Source of the DNA: Tubiluchus corallicola
Lineage: Eukaryota; Animalia; Priapulida
Reading direction: 5' to 3'
Assembly (NCBI GenBank): GCA_030141605.1
Contig: JAQGDQ010000023.1
Location: forward strand, 124,001 to 188,000
Length of the DNA stretch: 64,000 nt
Shown: positions 1 to 12,830 of the stretch, piece after piece
Position numbering within the stretch: position 1 is the first letter of the stretch
How the letters are laid out: every line of letters begins with the position of its first letter
Notes under the pieces: model-generated
What the model was told of the DNA's origin: nothing
What the model saw: only the letters and a program-made list of their open reading frames with translations
The model's database searches: none
Position numbers and translations under genes: made by a program

Positions 1-932
1 ATTAGTAATTAGTTTCATGCACTGCTTCTCTTTGGCACATCTAAGCAGCAACATTACTTTGAACTAGAATTTATTGCTTTAGCGCTGTAGCTGTTAACGA
101 GAGCTTGTTAGAGGTTTATTTGAGCAAGAAATGTTTTACCGGTCTGTACAGTAACTTACACTGTTAATATCCGACTTCAAACGTTTCTGTGGCTTACTGT
201 TTTAACAAAGAAACAGCGCAGTTAACATCGTCAACATATGAAGTCCGTTTTTGTGATCATTGCTAATTAATAGCCACAACAAAAAGTGTTTAAACTAGAA
301 AGGACGTTTTGCAATAAAGCAGGTCATAAAGTGACTCAAGGTGTTCAACTGTTCTTCAGACTACATACACTGCAATATATGCAATACATAAAATTTAAGT
401 ATAGATACAAATGTAGTATTTAACCTGCCTCGTAGGCAGTGTTAGTATGAGGTAAGTTTCTCCAACAACAACAGTTGCCACATTTTTATCGCATAATTAT
501 TATCGGTGAAAGTGGTCTTTTGCAAATGGAAAATTGCCAAATGTTACACTTAAAATTGCTTTACTTACCTTTTGTTTAGTACAATTATAATTTTGTTTGG
601 TCACACTAATTCATCTGCTGTTGTCTCCAATCAAAGTGTTTATAAACATTATATTAGTCAATACATTTATACTGTTTGTCAATAGCTGGCACAAGCAGTC
701 AGATACTGGCATTCAGAACTGTGTCTAAAAGAGCGCAGACATCAACATTACAATTATTGCCCGAATTTTCCATTTTCTATTTTCAGTGTGAATTATGTAA
801 ACGAATTGGACATCAATTGTATACTGGATACCTGTTTAGGTATAGATAACTGAGAACAGACTAATGGTTAAAACATGTATTAAATGAATTGTTTTATTAC
901 AGTAATTGTAGTGTTTTTATTATTTTAACGAT

Positions 933-1052
933 TGTAGCTTTAGATGTTCTTTGTATAATAATCTTTGTAAATGCATTTGTAACTAATTGTGTGTGTATTT
1001 CCTTGTATAATTTATGACCTAGCTGTCGAAATAAAAAATAATCTAATCTAAT
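933..1052 (+). repeat. Dispersed repeat, probable retroelement 3' tail ending in (CTAAT)n; second copy at ~11981-12100
   Basis: Both copies share TGTAG(C/T)TTTAGATGTT...TAATTTATGACCTAGCTGT...AATAA followed by CTAAT-like units. Confidence 0.6.
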
Positions 1053-1248
1053 GCACTGGTTTAATAAGTTTAAAATTTGGTTCGCTTCCTTGCAACTTTG
1101 CGTTTTCTCACCTTTGTTATATTTTACCTATGACAGCCAGGGCCGGATTTATCTATTTGCGGGCTCTAGGTCAAACTCATGAGTGGGCTCCTAAATTTAA
1201 AGAAATGTTGACATTTTTGTGGTTTCAGTGTCCAATATAATTATTATA

Positions 1249-1299
1249 TACATACATACATACATACATACACGCGCGCGCGCGCGCACGCACGCACGC
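1249..1299. repeat. Compound microsatellite (CATA)n/(CG)n/(CACG)n
   Basis: Directly visible. Confidence 0.9.
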
Positions 1300-2956
1300 C
1301 CGCTTCATCTGTTCGACAAGAACAAAGTAATTAATAACAAAACAATACAGACAGAGTGTAAGTTTCGATTTCGTCAGGAAACCTCAGTTAAACGTCTCTA
1401 AAAGCAAATGAATCATCTAGGGTAATCGCCTTAGCAATGCTAGTATTAACCATAACCCGCAATAACCGAATACACAACGCCTCCTTACATTACATTGCAA
1501 TACTTAAAAGAAAACCGGACCCAATTTTAAACCATAGCTCAAAACAATCTATCCTATGAAATACTGAAACAAAACATACTGTTTTTTCAAGAATGATTTA
1601 TGTGAGATTTATTACCACAAAAACGTAATTTTGCATTCGTGCGGCTAGTTCTTTACTTATATTCATTTCATATCGGAATTGCCATTTTTTGTGTATCACT
1701 CTGACTATTGTTTAGTAGCACTGTACTTTAATTTTCGCTTTGCAAACACGTGCAAAGCGCTCGTAGAATATTCGTGCTGTTAAACATTATGTTCAGTTGT
1801 GATGTCATCATTCGATTGAGCTCCACGGTCGTTAATGAAGTTCTTAACCCATAATTTAATTATCGGACGTTTTGCCATTATATTAGGCTGTACAATGTAC
1901 ACTTTTACTATCCTTCAAAACGGGGTAGGATATGAAAAATCATCCTGTTTTCCTTTAACCTGATGATAATACTTTTGGCTTGTCATCTGCATTATTTTAG
2001 GACATTAACAAATAATAAGTGCACGTATAAGTTTTCCCATATAACCTTAGGCCGGTTTTCAGTTCTCAAATGGTAAATATTACTTGTCTGGCTGGTCCAA
2101 GATATCAAGGCACAGAAAACAAAAGAAACGAAACATGAAATGGGGAAGAAACTGTGTGAAGAACGGAGAGAAGAAAAACAAAAATAAGCGTACAAAATTA
2201 ACTTAAAATGTAGAAAAAATAAATAACACAGAGAGACAGAAGAAACGAAAGAAGAAATGTAGAAGAAATAAAATAAAGACAGATCAAAGAATGGACGAAC
2301 GGACGCCATAAAAAAGCTAGAAGGTGAACAACAAAAGGAAACAAAGAAATAAACTCTAAAATTTTAATAAAGTGCATAGTTTTATCAGTTTATGAAATTA
2401 TACAGTTTACTTAATGTAGGTGATGTGGGCAAAACAATTTAACAGCGAAAAACAGCAAAATAAATCATAGAAAAAAATAAAAAGCAGTAAGCAAAATAAG
2501 AAAGTTTTCAAAAACTGATAATAAAGCAGACATATGAACAAGTCAAAGTGAATTATTGGCACTTTGTCAAATTCAAATTGATCATTTGGATCACAGAGGT
2601 CAAATATGATTTGAACTGGGGGCATATAGAAGAGAAAGAGAACACAAGAAAATGAACAAGCATCAGAAAGTAAAAGAAATGCAGACTGCTACTAACAAAT
2701 TGCAGTAGTACATGCGTGTTATGTAACGCACATAATACATCATATATGTGTGTTAGCCTATATTAATATGCAGTTATGAGACCAGGTGCACTATCATTAT
2801 ACCTAGCATACAATTATTGAGTCTTACAATCCAGAGAACCTTTAACCTAATATGAAGATGGAATTAGTAGAAATTATATGCACCTGCTAAGTAATGATCA
2901 GATTAGGTATGCACGTAAGGTGTTATTTTATCATATATACGAGCACAGATAAACAA

Positions 2957-3105
2957 ATTACGTTTAAACAAACTACAATGCAAATAAATTTCATAAAAAT
3001 GAGAAAAAAATCTGTTGTTTTTGAAATACTATTACGTTTAAACAAACTACAATGCAAATAAATTTCATAAATATGAGAAAAAAATCTGTTGTTTTTGAAA
3101 TACTA
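2957..3105. repeat. Tandem duplication of a ~74 bp unit (2 copies)
   Basis: ATTACGTTTAAACAAACTACAATGCAAATAAATTTCATAAA...GTTTTTGAAATACT occurs twice head to tail. Confidence 0.9.
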
Positions 3106-3168
3106 TTGGAAGGAATAACAGATTTTTTTAATGATTTGTACATCAGACATTTGACTCAAGAAACTCAC

Positions 3169-3258
3169 TGTATGGTGCTATACGAATCGTCTAAACTGGA
3201 AAGTAAATTCCGCAGCTGATTAATTTCTTGTCTTCGTTGTGATACACGTTCCAGTAAC
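3169..3258 (-). CDS. Internal coding exon (90 nt, phase 2/phase 2) of a secreted prepropeptide, calcitonin/DH31-like pro-region
   Basis: Acceptor ttatctttttgcag| at 3259 and donor |gtgagt at 3168; in frame with the 7097-7182 exon it reads (R)LLERVSQRRQEINQLRNLLSSLDDSYSTI(Q/H). Family call is from recalled similarity only. Confidence 0.7.
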
Positions 3259-3382
3259 CTGCAAAAAGATAAATTCTACGAATTATAATAATGATTACAA
3301 TTTACAATTAAGAAATCAGCCGCAATAGAGAACAAAACACCTACAAGCAGTTATAGGAGTGAAAGCGAAAGGAGCTATAATA

Positions 3383-3506
3383 GTAACAACGACGATATCT
3401 GGGCAACAGCAGCAGCAGCAACAACAGTGACAGCAACAGCAACAGTAGTAGCAACAGCAGCAGCTGTAGCTACAGCGATAGCAAAAGCAGTAACAGCAAC
3501 AGCAAT

Positions 3507-3545
<39 letters not shown>

Positions 3546-3830
3546 AACGACAACAACAGTGCAAACAGCAACAGCATCAACAGCAAGAACAACAATGACA
3601 ACGACGACGACGACGACGATAACAACGACAGCAGTAACAGCGACAGCAACAACGACGACGACAACAACAACAACAATAACAACAACAACAACAACAACGG
3701 CAGCAGTAGCAGCGACAGCAACAACCACAACAACAGCACCACCACCAACAACAAAAACAGCATGGAGGAGGAGAAGGAAACGAAAGAGGAGGGCAAACAG
3801 AAGCAGGAGGACGCCGACAACAACGAACAA
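3383..3830. repeat. Compound trinucleotide tract (AAC/AGC/ACG/AAT)n
   Basis: Directly visible; explains the poly-T/V/C/L ORFs. Confidence 0.95.
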
Positions 3831-4289
3831 AACCGCAGGAGTAGGCCTATATTGCACAATGCGCTTCACTGAGTTGATTTTACTTTCAATTCAATCAATT
3901 TATTCCGCATAATAAACAAATACTTATGCATCACAAGTACATTCATAAATCTAATTTTCGTTAATGATTCCAAAATTAAAATACAGTCCGTAAGTTCTGC
4001 GCTAGAGACCTAAGAAGGAAGCTTATGTTAGGCCACTAGAATTAGTAGTGAGAAAAAAATTAACAACATATTATTACTATTAGTGTGAGTTACAGTAGGC
4101 GTTAATAGTATTTCATAATTGCAATGTAAACTGATGCACGCTGATGTACACATATACATACAAATACGTATAATATATATATACAGATGGGATCTAATAA
4201 CTATATTATTATCCTGGAGGGCAAGTTGTTGAAAATGAAAAACAAAAACAAAGTCATAATTGTCATAATTGAGTGATCAGTTATATGTT

Positions 4290-5340
4290 CCAAGTAAGTG
4301 TGATTTATATTATTTTTTAAACATGGACAGTGAACAGGCATTTTTTAAAACTTTAGCAATTGAGTTTCATATGTAAGGGCCATTGTTGTAAGGGCCATTG
4401 TATTTAATAGAAAATTTTCTAACATTTGTGTTGCACTGTATGTAGTGATAATTAGTGACTTAAAAGTCTTTATCGTGTATTATAATTATGCATTTCAGCA
4501 TTCAAGCAAAAATAATCAGTAAATAAGAGTGTCAATAATTTATGAGTGAATTTGTACAAGAAAATGGCGGCTTGGAACTTGTTAATGTCTTACATGTTTA
4601 GCAAGTTTAGTCTGTGAAATATTGGTGACGTGTGGTCCTGATAACTGGCAAATGTTACAGCTCGCACTATTTTCTTCTGAATATTTTGATGTACTGGTGT
4701 ATGTGCTCCCCCAAACAATGTTTGAATTATTAAGATATGGTAAAAAAGAGAATTAGATAATAATACAAGTACTGACTTAGGCAATATGTATCTATATAAT
4801 ACGTATGGTTTTGGAGATCTTACTTTCGATAAATTTAAGGTGTTGTTGCCGAGTTAGGTGTTCTTCTATAATAATACGTATGAACTTAATCTGTTTTACT
4901 TTATTTATTGGGACTTCATGGGTTTTTACTATAAGATTCCTACATATTCTTTCATTTTTGCTTGTGAATGCAATAAATTTGGTTTTTCAATATTGCTTGA
5001 CAACTTATTTGCGTTGAACCTTGTGGAGCGGAATACAAGTCCTTGGTTGATAGTATTTACAATTGAGCCGTAGTTTGAGTGACTATAGAATACATTGGTA
5101 TCATCAGCAAATAAACTGAAGTCTGGCAGAGTGGAAACATAACGGAGATCATTAAGATAAAGAGGAAAAAACAATGGACCTAAAATTGAGCCTTGCGAGA
5201 CACCATAATTGATTTGCTTCGAAGAAGAAAATATGCTGTCTATTACTACTGATAGCTTTCTGTTATCTAAACAAAAAGTAAACCACTGTAAAGGCAGACC
5301 TCTGACACCATAGTTGCTTAATTTAACTAAGAGTATTAAG
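4290..5340 (-). mobile_element. Decayed non-LTR retrotransposon (CR1/L2-type) RT and C-terminal region
   Basis: Minus-strand motifs YGVRGLPLQWF, GVSQGSILGPLFFPLYLNDL, FADDTNVF, NANKLSSNIEK, QKKIVRAVTF..HTSPIFHRLNLL, with frameshifts. Confidence 0.9.
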
Positions 5341-5939
5341 AATTATGATGTTTCACGCAACTAACTTAGCGTTAAATACTAGAATAACTGCCTCATTCAA
5401 ACTTTTATATAATATAATAATAATAATTAGAAAAACAAAGCGATTATATTAAAAGCAAGCTCGATTGCAAGGCTGATAACAGAAATAAGAAACAATCAGG
5501 GCCAAAATTTTAGGAAAATTTTAGGCCACAAACCAAGTCTGGTTGTTCGAATAACTTGAACTTTCTATGCAAAATTTACTCTTTCATTTACAGCATTACT
5601 ACGTCGCATTACATTACTAATTCTTAAGTCGCGTAAAGCTGCAAATTTGCAATTTAGCAGCGCGGGATTAGTTTATACATGTGTGCAAATTCAATTTTTC
5701 TAATGTATCTTAAATCACGTTACTTGTGCTCTAGATGCAAACTGGAGAAGAGATTACTTCCGTTTTCTCACTACGTAATTGGCCTATACCTGTGAATTTG
5801 CGCAGTGTTTCCGACGAGTAATAATTGAGATTAAGCCTACCTTAATTTAAACAAGCTTGAATGAACTCAGATCCAATCCGCGAACATGCTAGTCTTTTTC
5901 ATTTGATTATACTTTGTCTAATGTGGCTTTCTCATGTCA

Positions 5940-6740
5940 AAAGCTGTGCTTATATTTTTTAAGTGTGACTACCCGGATATACGGTGCCTGGTCCAGTGCG
6001 ATTTGCTCATATGTGATTGTTGACTGAAAAGCTTTCCCAATTTTCACACTTTGGCTTTTAAACAATCGCAGCTTTTTTAACCATACCATTGTTTGAGCTC
6101 GATTTACGATTATAGTTTGAGAGTTGATGAAAACACATCTTTCAAGTAGAATGTTTATGGTAAAGTGAGCTAATGCCAGACATAAGCTAATGTCGGACAA
6201 TGAGTTTTACGTTTTTCTAAAACCCATTAAATTACCCGGACGTTGTCTTTTCCTTTCATTGTTGATACTGCCGCATCACATTTTTAGCCTGGAATATTCA
6301 CCATTGTCTAGTAGTTCGTTCTTCTGGTAGGCGTATGGTCGTGAACATACAAGCTAGTTCAGTGAGTGCGTTTATCTCTAATTGTATTAACTTTTTTGAT
6401 TTCCTGATGAACAGACATAGCGCATTAATTATTCACAGCAGTCTCTTCAGAAATGGTTTATTTTGGAAGTTACTTCTTCCCAGATGCATTCATGCCTCAC
6501 TTTGTAAAACACCATGTTTATTTAGCTATTATACAACTCACTGAAGCAGAGTCCGACTTCTCGCCGGAATTAATTGTTTGTGTAGGTAAATAACGTTGAT
6601 TTTTTTTGGCTACTTGCTCGACATTAGCCCATTTTACTCTATAACAAAAATGTTTGATTGGCCACGCACTGTGGTTTTGTCTTTTGGCTAAGTATGAGTG
6701 AATTGACAAACCCTCGTAGCCCATCATTTTGACTGCCAAT
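5940..6740 (-). mobile_element. Decayed hAT-type transposase remnant (C-terminal dimerisation-like segment)
   Basis: Across frameshifts at ~6060-6220: KTHCPTLAYV/ALAHFTINILLER/VFSS...NRAQ...LKKLRLF, resembling the hAT dimerisation pattern P.LA.VAL..L.I....ER.FS; upper boundary approximate. Confidence 0.45.
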
Positions 6741-7096
6741 CAATTTCTTTTATTTGATTTTTTTTATTTTATTTTATTTCATTTCATTTCATTTTATTTC
6801 ATTTTATTTTATTTTATTTATTTTATATTTTCCTTGCTATGCCTAAAATGTAAAAATCATTACTCTTAGCGCAACTTACATTGTTAAAGCACTCATTTAA
6901 ACAGTCCGCTTAACTATTATAACGACTCAGTGTAAACATACAAATATAGATTAAAAGCCAAAAACTATGTCAACTCTGATAACAAGATAGGCCTTTTGGT
7001 CTCGTTTTAATAATATCCAAGATTATTTGATCAATTATATGATTATCTGCCACCCAAGTAACTCTGAAGGTTCTAAGCATCTGACAGAAAACGTAC

Positions 7097-7182
7097 CTTT
7101 CTAAATCACCTGTATTTTCAGCATTCGTTGCAAGAACAATAGAAAAAAATATTGCAAATACCAAAACCCCGAGTCCTTGCAT
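7097..7182 (-). CDS. First coding exon (signal peptide) of a secreted prepropeptide
   Basis: Acceptor ttctttttgcttttttcag| at 7187, 4 nt UTR, ATG at 7182, MQGLGVLVFAIFFSIVLATNAENTGDLE(R), donor AG|gtacgt at 7096; 86 coding nt. Confidence 0.78.
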
Positions 7183-7949
7183 GTTCCTGAAAAAAGCAAA
7201 AAGAAATTACTTAATATAACAGTAAGCACTGCGACTAAACATTCACACAATTAATTGTAAACAAAACTTTATTTTTTACGTTACTTCCTGCAAGCATCTA
7301 TACTGGGCACAAATGTTAACTTTGTTTTACACGCACAAGCCTCGTTAATAGCACAGAGAACACGTTTCAATTAAAATATTCCACACCCAAAAGTATTTAA
7401 ACTCTTGTAACTCTAGTAGCAACTATGTACGTATTTACTTATTTAACGCTATGTTACGTAGCTAGGCTAGCGTAGCTATGCTACGTATAAATATTACTTT
7501 TAATTATAACCTATATATAAGAAGTATATTGAACTTGTCGTTAGTGACTCTGTATGATTAGAAAAACAACCACAGAAATATTGTTTTTATGACGCTTTTG
7601 GTAATGTGGTTTTATGATAATGCGCTGTAATATTGTTATTAAATAAGTGAACTATAAATAATCCTTGATATTATGAAAACACAGTACTACCACGAGTATT
7701 TGCTGAACTACCAACTATGAACTCAAAAATGAAGGTTAAAAATGATCTTTATCCCAAAAGAAGAAACGTCACCTTCTAGTATATACTTTTAACTATCTCC
7801 TCTTACTTAACCTCAAACTAATTTATTGATAACGATCTGTTATAGACAAAGAGCAGAAGGGTTTCATTAAGGATCGTAACACAAACTGATTTTTAGTAAA
7901 GCTGGTTTCTTTAATACAAGACAAGCTGCTAGTAGACGAAAAGCCCAGT

Positions 7950-8460
7950 TTGCTATCTGATGTGATTTTCAATGGACATTAGATAGCATTTGATTAGATG
8001 GTCTGCTAAACAAACTGTATCATGTTAATGTCAAAGGCAACATTTATATTAGGAGTAATTAAAATTTTCTTATATAGTAGACAAGTAAATGTTATATTAA
8101 ATAATTATAGTTCAGAAGCATATAATTGTAAAATTGATCTACCCCAGGGCTCAGTGCTTTGTCTCCTAATATGTTTCAAGAAATTAATAAAGTTTAAAGT
8201 ACACACAGCCTCAAATATGCCGATGAGTATCGAAAATAAACGAAATGGAAGCAGTTTACTGTGGCCAGAAATTCTGTGATAAACTCCACAAATGATGTTT
8301 CAAAAGGAGATTGTTGCGAAATAGTAACACAGGAAATTCCAGTTAATTTAACGAATCTTGCGCATTGACAACAGTGACATTAAGCATGTTCGGGACAACC
8401 GAGTTTTAGGTGTAATCATTGATAATAGGCTAAATTTTGACAGACAGGTTAAAAATGCCA
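7950..8460 (+). mobile_element. Decayed non-LTR retrotransposon RT fragment
   Basis: DGLLNKL, YSRQVNV, DLPQGSVL, VLGVIIDNRLNFD motifs with stops and frameshifts. Confidence 0.75.
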
Positions 8461-10949
8461 GGAAAAAAAGCCTAGAACAGATGGTCCCAAATAAAATGAG
8501 AGAACATTTTATATAAAGATTTTAGATTAAATACTATTTTTGCGTTGATTAAGATGACAGTTTTGCCTACAGTTTTGTACGGATTGCAGGTAAACACAGC
8601 TACGTTGATGACTTGCTATATAATGTGACAAAACAAGTTTTGACACCTATCACCAGATAAACGAGGCTTAGTTTGTGCCCTACCACCTTTCGAAATAATG
8701 TGCAAAATAGCAACAGCAAAGTTCGTTTTAAAAAGTTTGCCTCTGGCAGAGAAGGATTTAGTTAAGCAACGCTTCATTTATGTGCATAAGAATGCCAACA
8801 AAGGACATAGACACTAAAATAACATCTGCAGTAACCAATGAATCTTTAAAAATTAGTAAAATTTTCATGTACGTGACATAGATCTAACTGCAATTTCTAA
8901 AAGTAATTAAATATTCTAAGCTGATATTGATAGATTTATTGTGTGATTATGAGCGAAGAGATATCAAAATCGCTACAAAGTGGTGTCCCATATTGTTGTA
9001 GAGAATGCACATTTGTGCCCGTTAAAACTATCAGAGATTGCGAACATACAAAAATGAGAAAGATTGGCATTTACTTTATTTATGAGGGGAGGGGATACTT
9101 CAAGGGTTTTAGGTTCTGTTGATTGTAACTTGTGCGAATGACGTCATTTGCATCTTGCGTGTTTATTGGTCAATTCAAATAAATGAAGTGCTTTCAGAAA
9201 TGCTTTTCCTCGCGTGTTAGATATGCTATTGTACGGCGAGACACAAAAAGCGTTTTCCATTTTAGTTCAAGATGAATTTTTAATAGATTTGCGTTAAATT
9301 AGGCGTAAAGTACTTTTAATCAATTAACGTAAAGTAGTCAATTATAAATAAATGTGGTTTGTAATATTTTTTGAATGATTTGAAGCAGTTGTTTATTGTA
9401 AGTTTTCAGTTAGTTTGCTACTTAAGTTACGTGCATATAGTTGCTATCTTTCGTTAAGATTATTTGTGTGTAATATAGGCTTGGTAATTGAATTGCTGTG
9501 CAAAAAGAGAGGGTTTACTTGTATATATGGAAAATTAAGTATACGTACATACCACGTAAAATAAATTTAGACTTATAACAATAGTAATGGTGATGACGAT
9601 GATGATATATGTTTGTAAAGCTCTCAACTAAGATTTATGTATGAAAGATAAGAACATATTTTCCCGTTCCATCCTGTTTTTACCTGGCCCTTCTGATTTT
9701 CAACCACCTGCTCTTTGTTCGTACAAGCAAATGCGCTATCAGTTTAACCTAACTGCTACTCATCAGCTAAATTTACCCTCTTAACGAAATGAGTATTACG
9801 AGTAAGTCAATTCGCAACAGGAAATCCTTCAAAGAGGTCATATCCGATAACGAAATTGTTTCAGTTTACGAGGTTTCAAATATTTATCCAAAGTATTATT
9901 ATCTTATCTGAAGCCATTTGGTATAACGACTTGCATCAGATGCTCACAAGCTGGCATGTAGTCGAACAAACGTACTGAAATTGCTAATATATTGTTTGGA
10001 GGTACATTTAAAATTAAAATAAGCATACACAGGAATGTGTAGTATAACATTTTGCTATAATAAATGGGTAGTACTCGTAGTAGCTTTAAAGTACAAGATA
10101 AGAGAATTGTAAAAGACTTCGAATTTATATTCTTTACACACATTCAGGGCAAGTGGTAAAATGGAACGGTGTCTGTTAATGTTGTTTATGAAACGGTTGT
10201 ACTTTTCAGGGAAAGAATCGTTTATTAAAGAATTCCTCAACCAAGAAGCCCGAGATAAAATTGATTTATAATTAGCTGTTTTTGGTGTCTGGTATCTTAC
10301 GAATAGGTGATGTATCTTATTATTGTTTTCGAGCTCTTACAAGCAAAATTCGAGACTGTACACCAAAATGAAAAATAATTCTAACATTAAATTGCAACAT
10401 TTGCAATTAATTTAATGTTACTTACAAAATGACTTACAATAAGTGTTTTATAAAACTATTCTCACTTCAGTTTAACTGCATTGCTAGATAAATGTTTAGG
10501 TTACGATATCCCTTACTATGATGTCATAGTTAGACTCTCAGCTTATTCTCTATTTGTTAGGCTACAAAATTCACAAGACTTCTATGTGAAACGCATTTTG
10601 AACTCAGATATCTATTTTCAGTATGAAGTATTTAAAAGCATTTGAAAAAACTACATATTTGATATTCATTTAGGCGTTTAGCTATAGGCAACTGAAAGTA
10701 GGCCGCAGGTTTAAAATGAAGGTAAAATGATAGACGTTCACTGAATGAATTGTTTTATATCTGTAACTATAATTATTAACATCATTTTATTTCGAATATA
10801 CTTTACAAAAGTAATTCATAATAAAAAGGCTAGCAGTCAAGATTATTTACACGATTAGTAATAAAAACAACATATCGATAGTAAAAAGAATTAATGGGCC
10901 TAGTATTTCTGAAAAAATATATAAGCAGTACAATTCCTTTCAACTTAAC

Positions 10950-11950
10950 ATGTTACAATGTAATTTAGAATTGATTGCAGCTGTGCTGTGTTTAAGAAAT
11001 TAAAATCATTATATTCTAAGCATTCGTCGTAGTCTTTAGCCACATTAACCATTATCTGTTGGTTTCCTATCAAAGCCTTTTTCCTCACTGATCTCCTTGC
11101 AAAAATATTATATTCATTTTCTAACTGATAACTACTACAGTTACAACATATATGTCGTAAATTAAAACCCATTGCTGATTTAACAGTAAACAGAACTTTA
11201 CAAATTTAACAACAGTGTTACTACTTTGTTTACAATTAAAACAGTATTTAATAAAACGCTCAACAAAATTTTGACTTTAATGTACAATATTGGCAATATA
11301 AGGTAATATATAAGTGTGCGCTAGATATGGGACGCACCATAACTTACGCACGGCAATATTCCAGGTGATATCGATAAATTGCAAATTACAATTAGCTAGA
11401 CGCCATGCTTGGCTTCCATAGAAACTGTAACAGTAAGTCATGAAAATTTTTGTTTTGATTTGGCTCTTTAAAAAACCAAAGTTACAAATGGTGCTGCTTG
11501 CGCGATAAACAAAATCTGCTCTTTTACGTAAAATGTCAATATCATCAGAGAGATCATAGGACAAAGTATGACCAACATGGACGACCGTATCACACCAGGT
11601 GAGAGGGGTGCCGCAAAGCATTACACATGGATATGGCAAATTTTTTCTTTAAATGGAGTAAATCTAATGTATTTACTTTTAATTTTATTTCACTGTATAT
11701 AAACAAAATTTATGTCTTCACAGATCAGGAGCAGAATTTGCAATGCCTTTGCACTAGGCGCTAAATTGTCAAATCGTCAGCATAGCTGACTGAGCCAGTG
11801 TACACATTGCCAATGTAGCAACCGCAGCCAGTTTCTTGAAGTTTTACCAGCAGATCATCTAAATATACCCCGAAAAGTGTGGGAGAAAGAACAGCCCCTT
11901 GCCGCGCCCCATTTGACACAGTAAAAGTGTTTGACATTTGATAATCACAT
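10950..11950 (-). mobile_element. Decayed non-LTR retrotransposon (RTE-X-like) RT and C-terminal region
   Basis: NGARQGAVLSPTLFGVYLDDLL, GCYIGNVYTGSVSYADDL, HVGHTLS, KTKIFMTYCYSFYGSQAW. Confidence 0.88.
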
Positions 11951-12419
11951 TTTATGGGATATCATAATATCTTAATAGTTGTAGTTTTAGATGTTTTTAG
12001 TAATTATAATTGTAAAAGTATTTTGTAATTATGTATGTCTTTTTAGGTAATTTATGACCTAGCTGTTCGAGATGAAATAATAACCTAATCTATTCTAAGA
12101 TTTAAACAGGTTCTTGGTAGTATAGAATTTCATTAATACTTTAAATAATACTAAAACCACTCGATGGTAAAGTTACGGCATTTACTGCACAGTGCACAGG
12201 TCATACACAGGTCATACGCAGTCATACAGTAACAACTCACTGTAGTAACAACAGTCAAATTGAAAGACATAAGACCTTTCAGCAGAGCTCTTCAGTAACT
12301 ACTTCTGCAATTATATCAAAATGTTAGGTAAAAGCACAAACTAAAATTGTTGCTGAAAGCAACCATGTTTGTTACTGGACAAAACTGGTACTAGATTCAG
12401 TAGTTAAAACAGACAAGTT

Positions 12420-12830
12420 AGTAACATGTTCTTTTTGTCTACATAAAAATGATTTTTGCCTCCAAAATCTTTGCATGAAAATTTGATCTGCACTTGGATA
12501 TAATTTTGAAATTTGAATCGTTGTAGTTATCTGCACATGACTGATTGTTGTGTAGATGCTAGGCTATGGCAGATGTGGCTTCGTCTTAGTTTGTAACTGA
12601 AATACTTTTTCTCTGTCTATGGGCTTTTATCTCATCTTTCAAATTCATAGGTAAAACAGTCTTAGAGGAATAAATAACTCTCAGCATACTGCAGGGGTAA
12701 GTATCATTTACGGTTTTCTTTAAGGAAGCTTCAAAGTGTCTGTTGTCGTCTCCCAGCCACGGTGGTCTAAGGTATACTGGACAGTGGTCTGGCCCGAATG
12801 TTTTGGATTTGTCCTGAACGTTTTTGAAAC
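12420..12830 (-). mobile_element. Penelope-like element C-terminal (GIY-YIG-adjacent) remnant
   Basis: FGPDHCPVYLRPPWLG...LRVIYSSKTVLP..KD followed by SAIA*HLHNNQSCA..Y..SNFKIISK and LCRQKEHV. Confidence 0.7.

Noticed and set aside
1138-1200. CAGGGCCGGATT hAT-like terminus
   Set aside because: No matching second end or TSD found
1-3168. Third exon of the precursor gene
   Set aside because: Candidate acceptors near 725, 1088 and 1398 give early stops or no dibasic site
3316-3912. Mucin-like poly-Thr and poly-Cys/Val/Leu ORFs
   Set aside because: Translations of a trinucleotide tract inside an intron
6970-7096. ORF continuation after ...GDLER
   Set aside because: Lies beyond a canonical splice donor; read as intron
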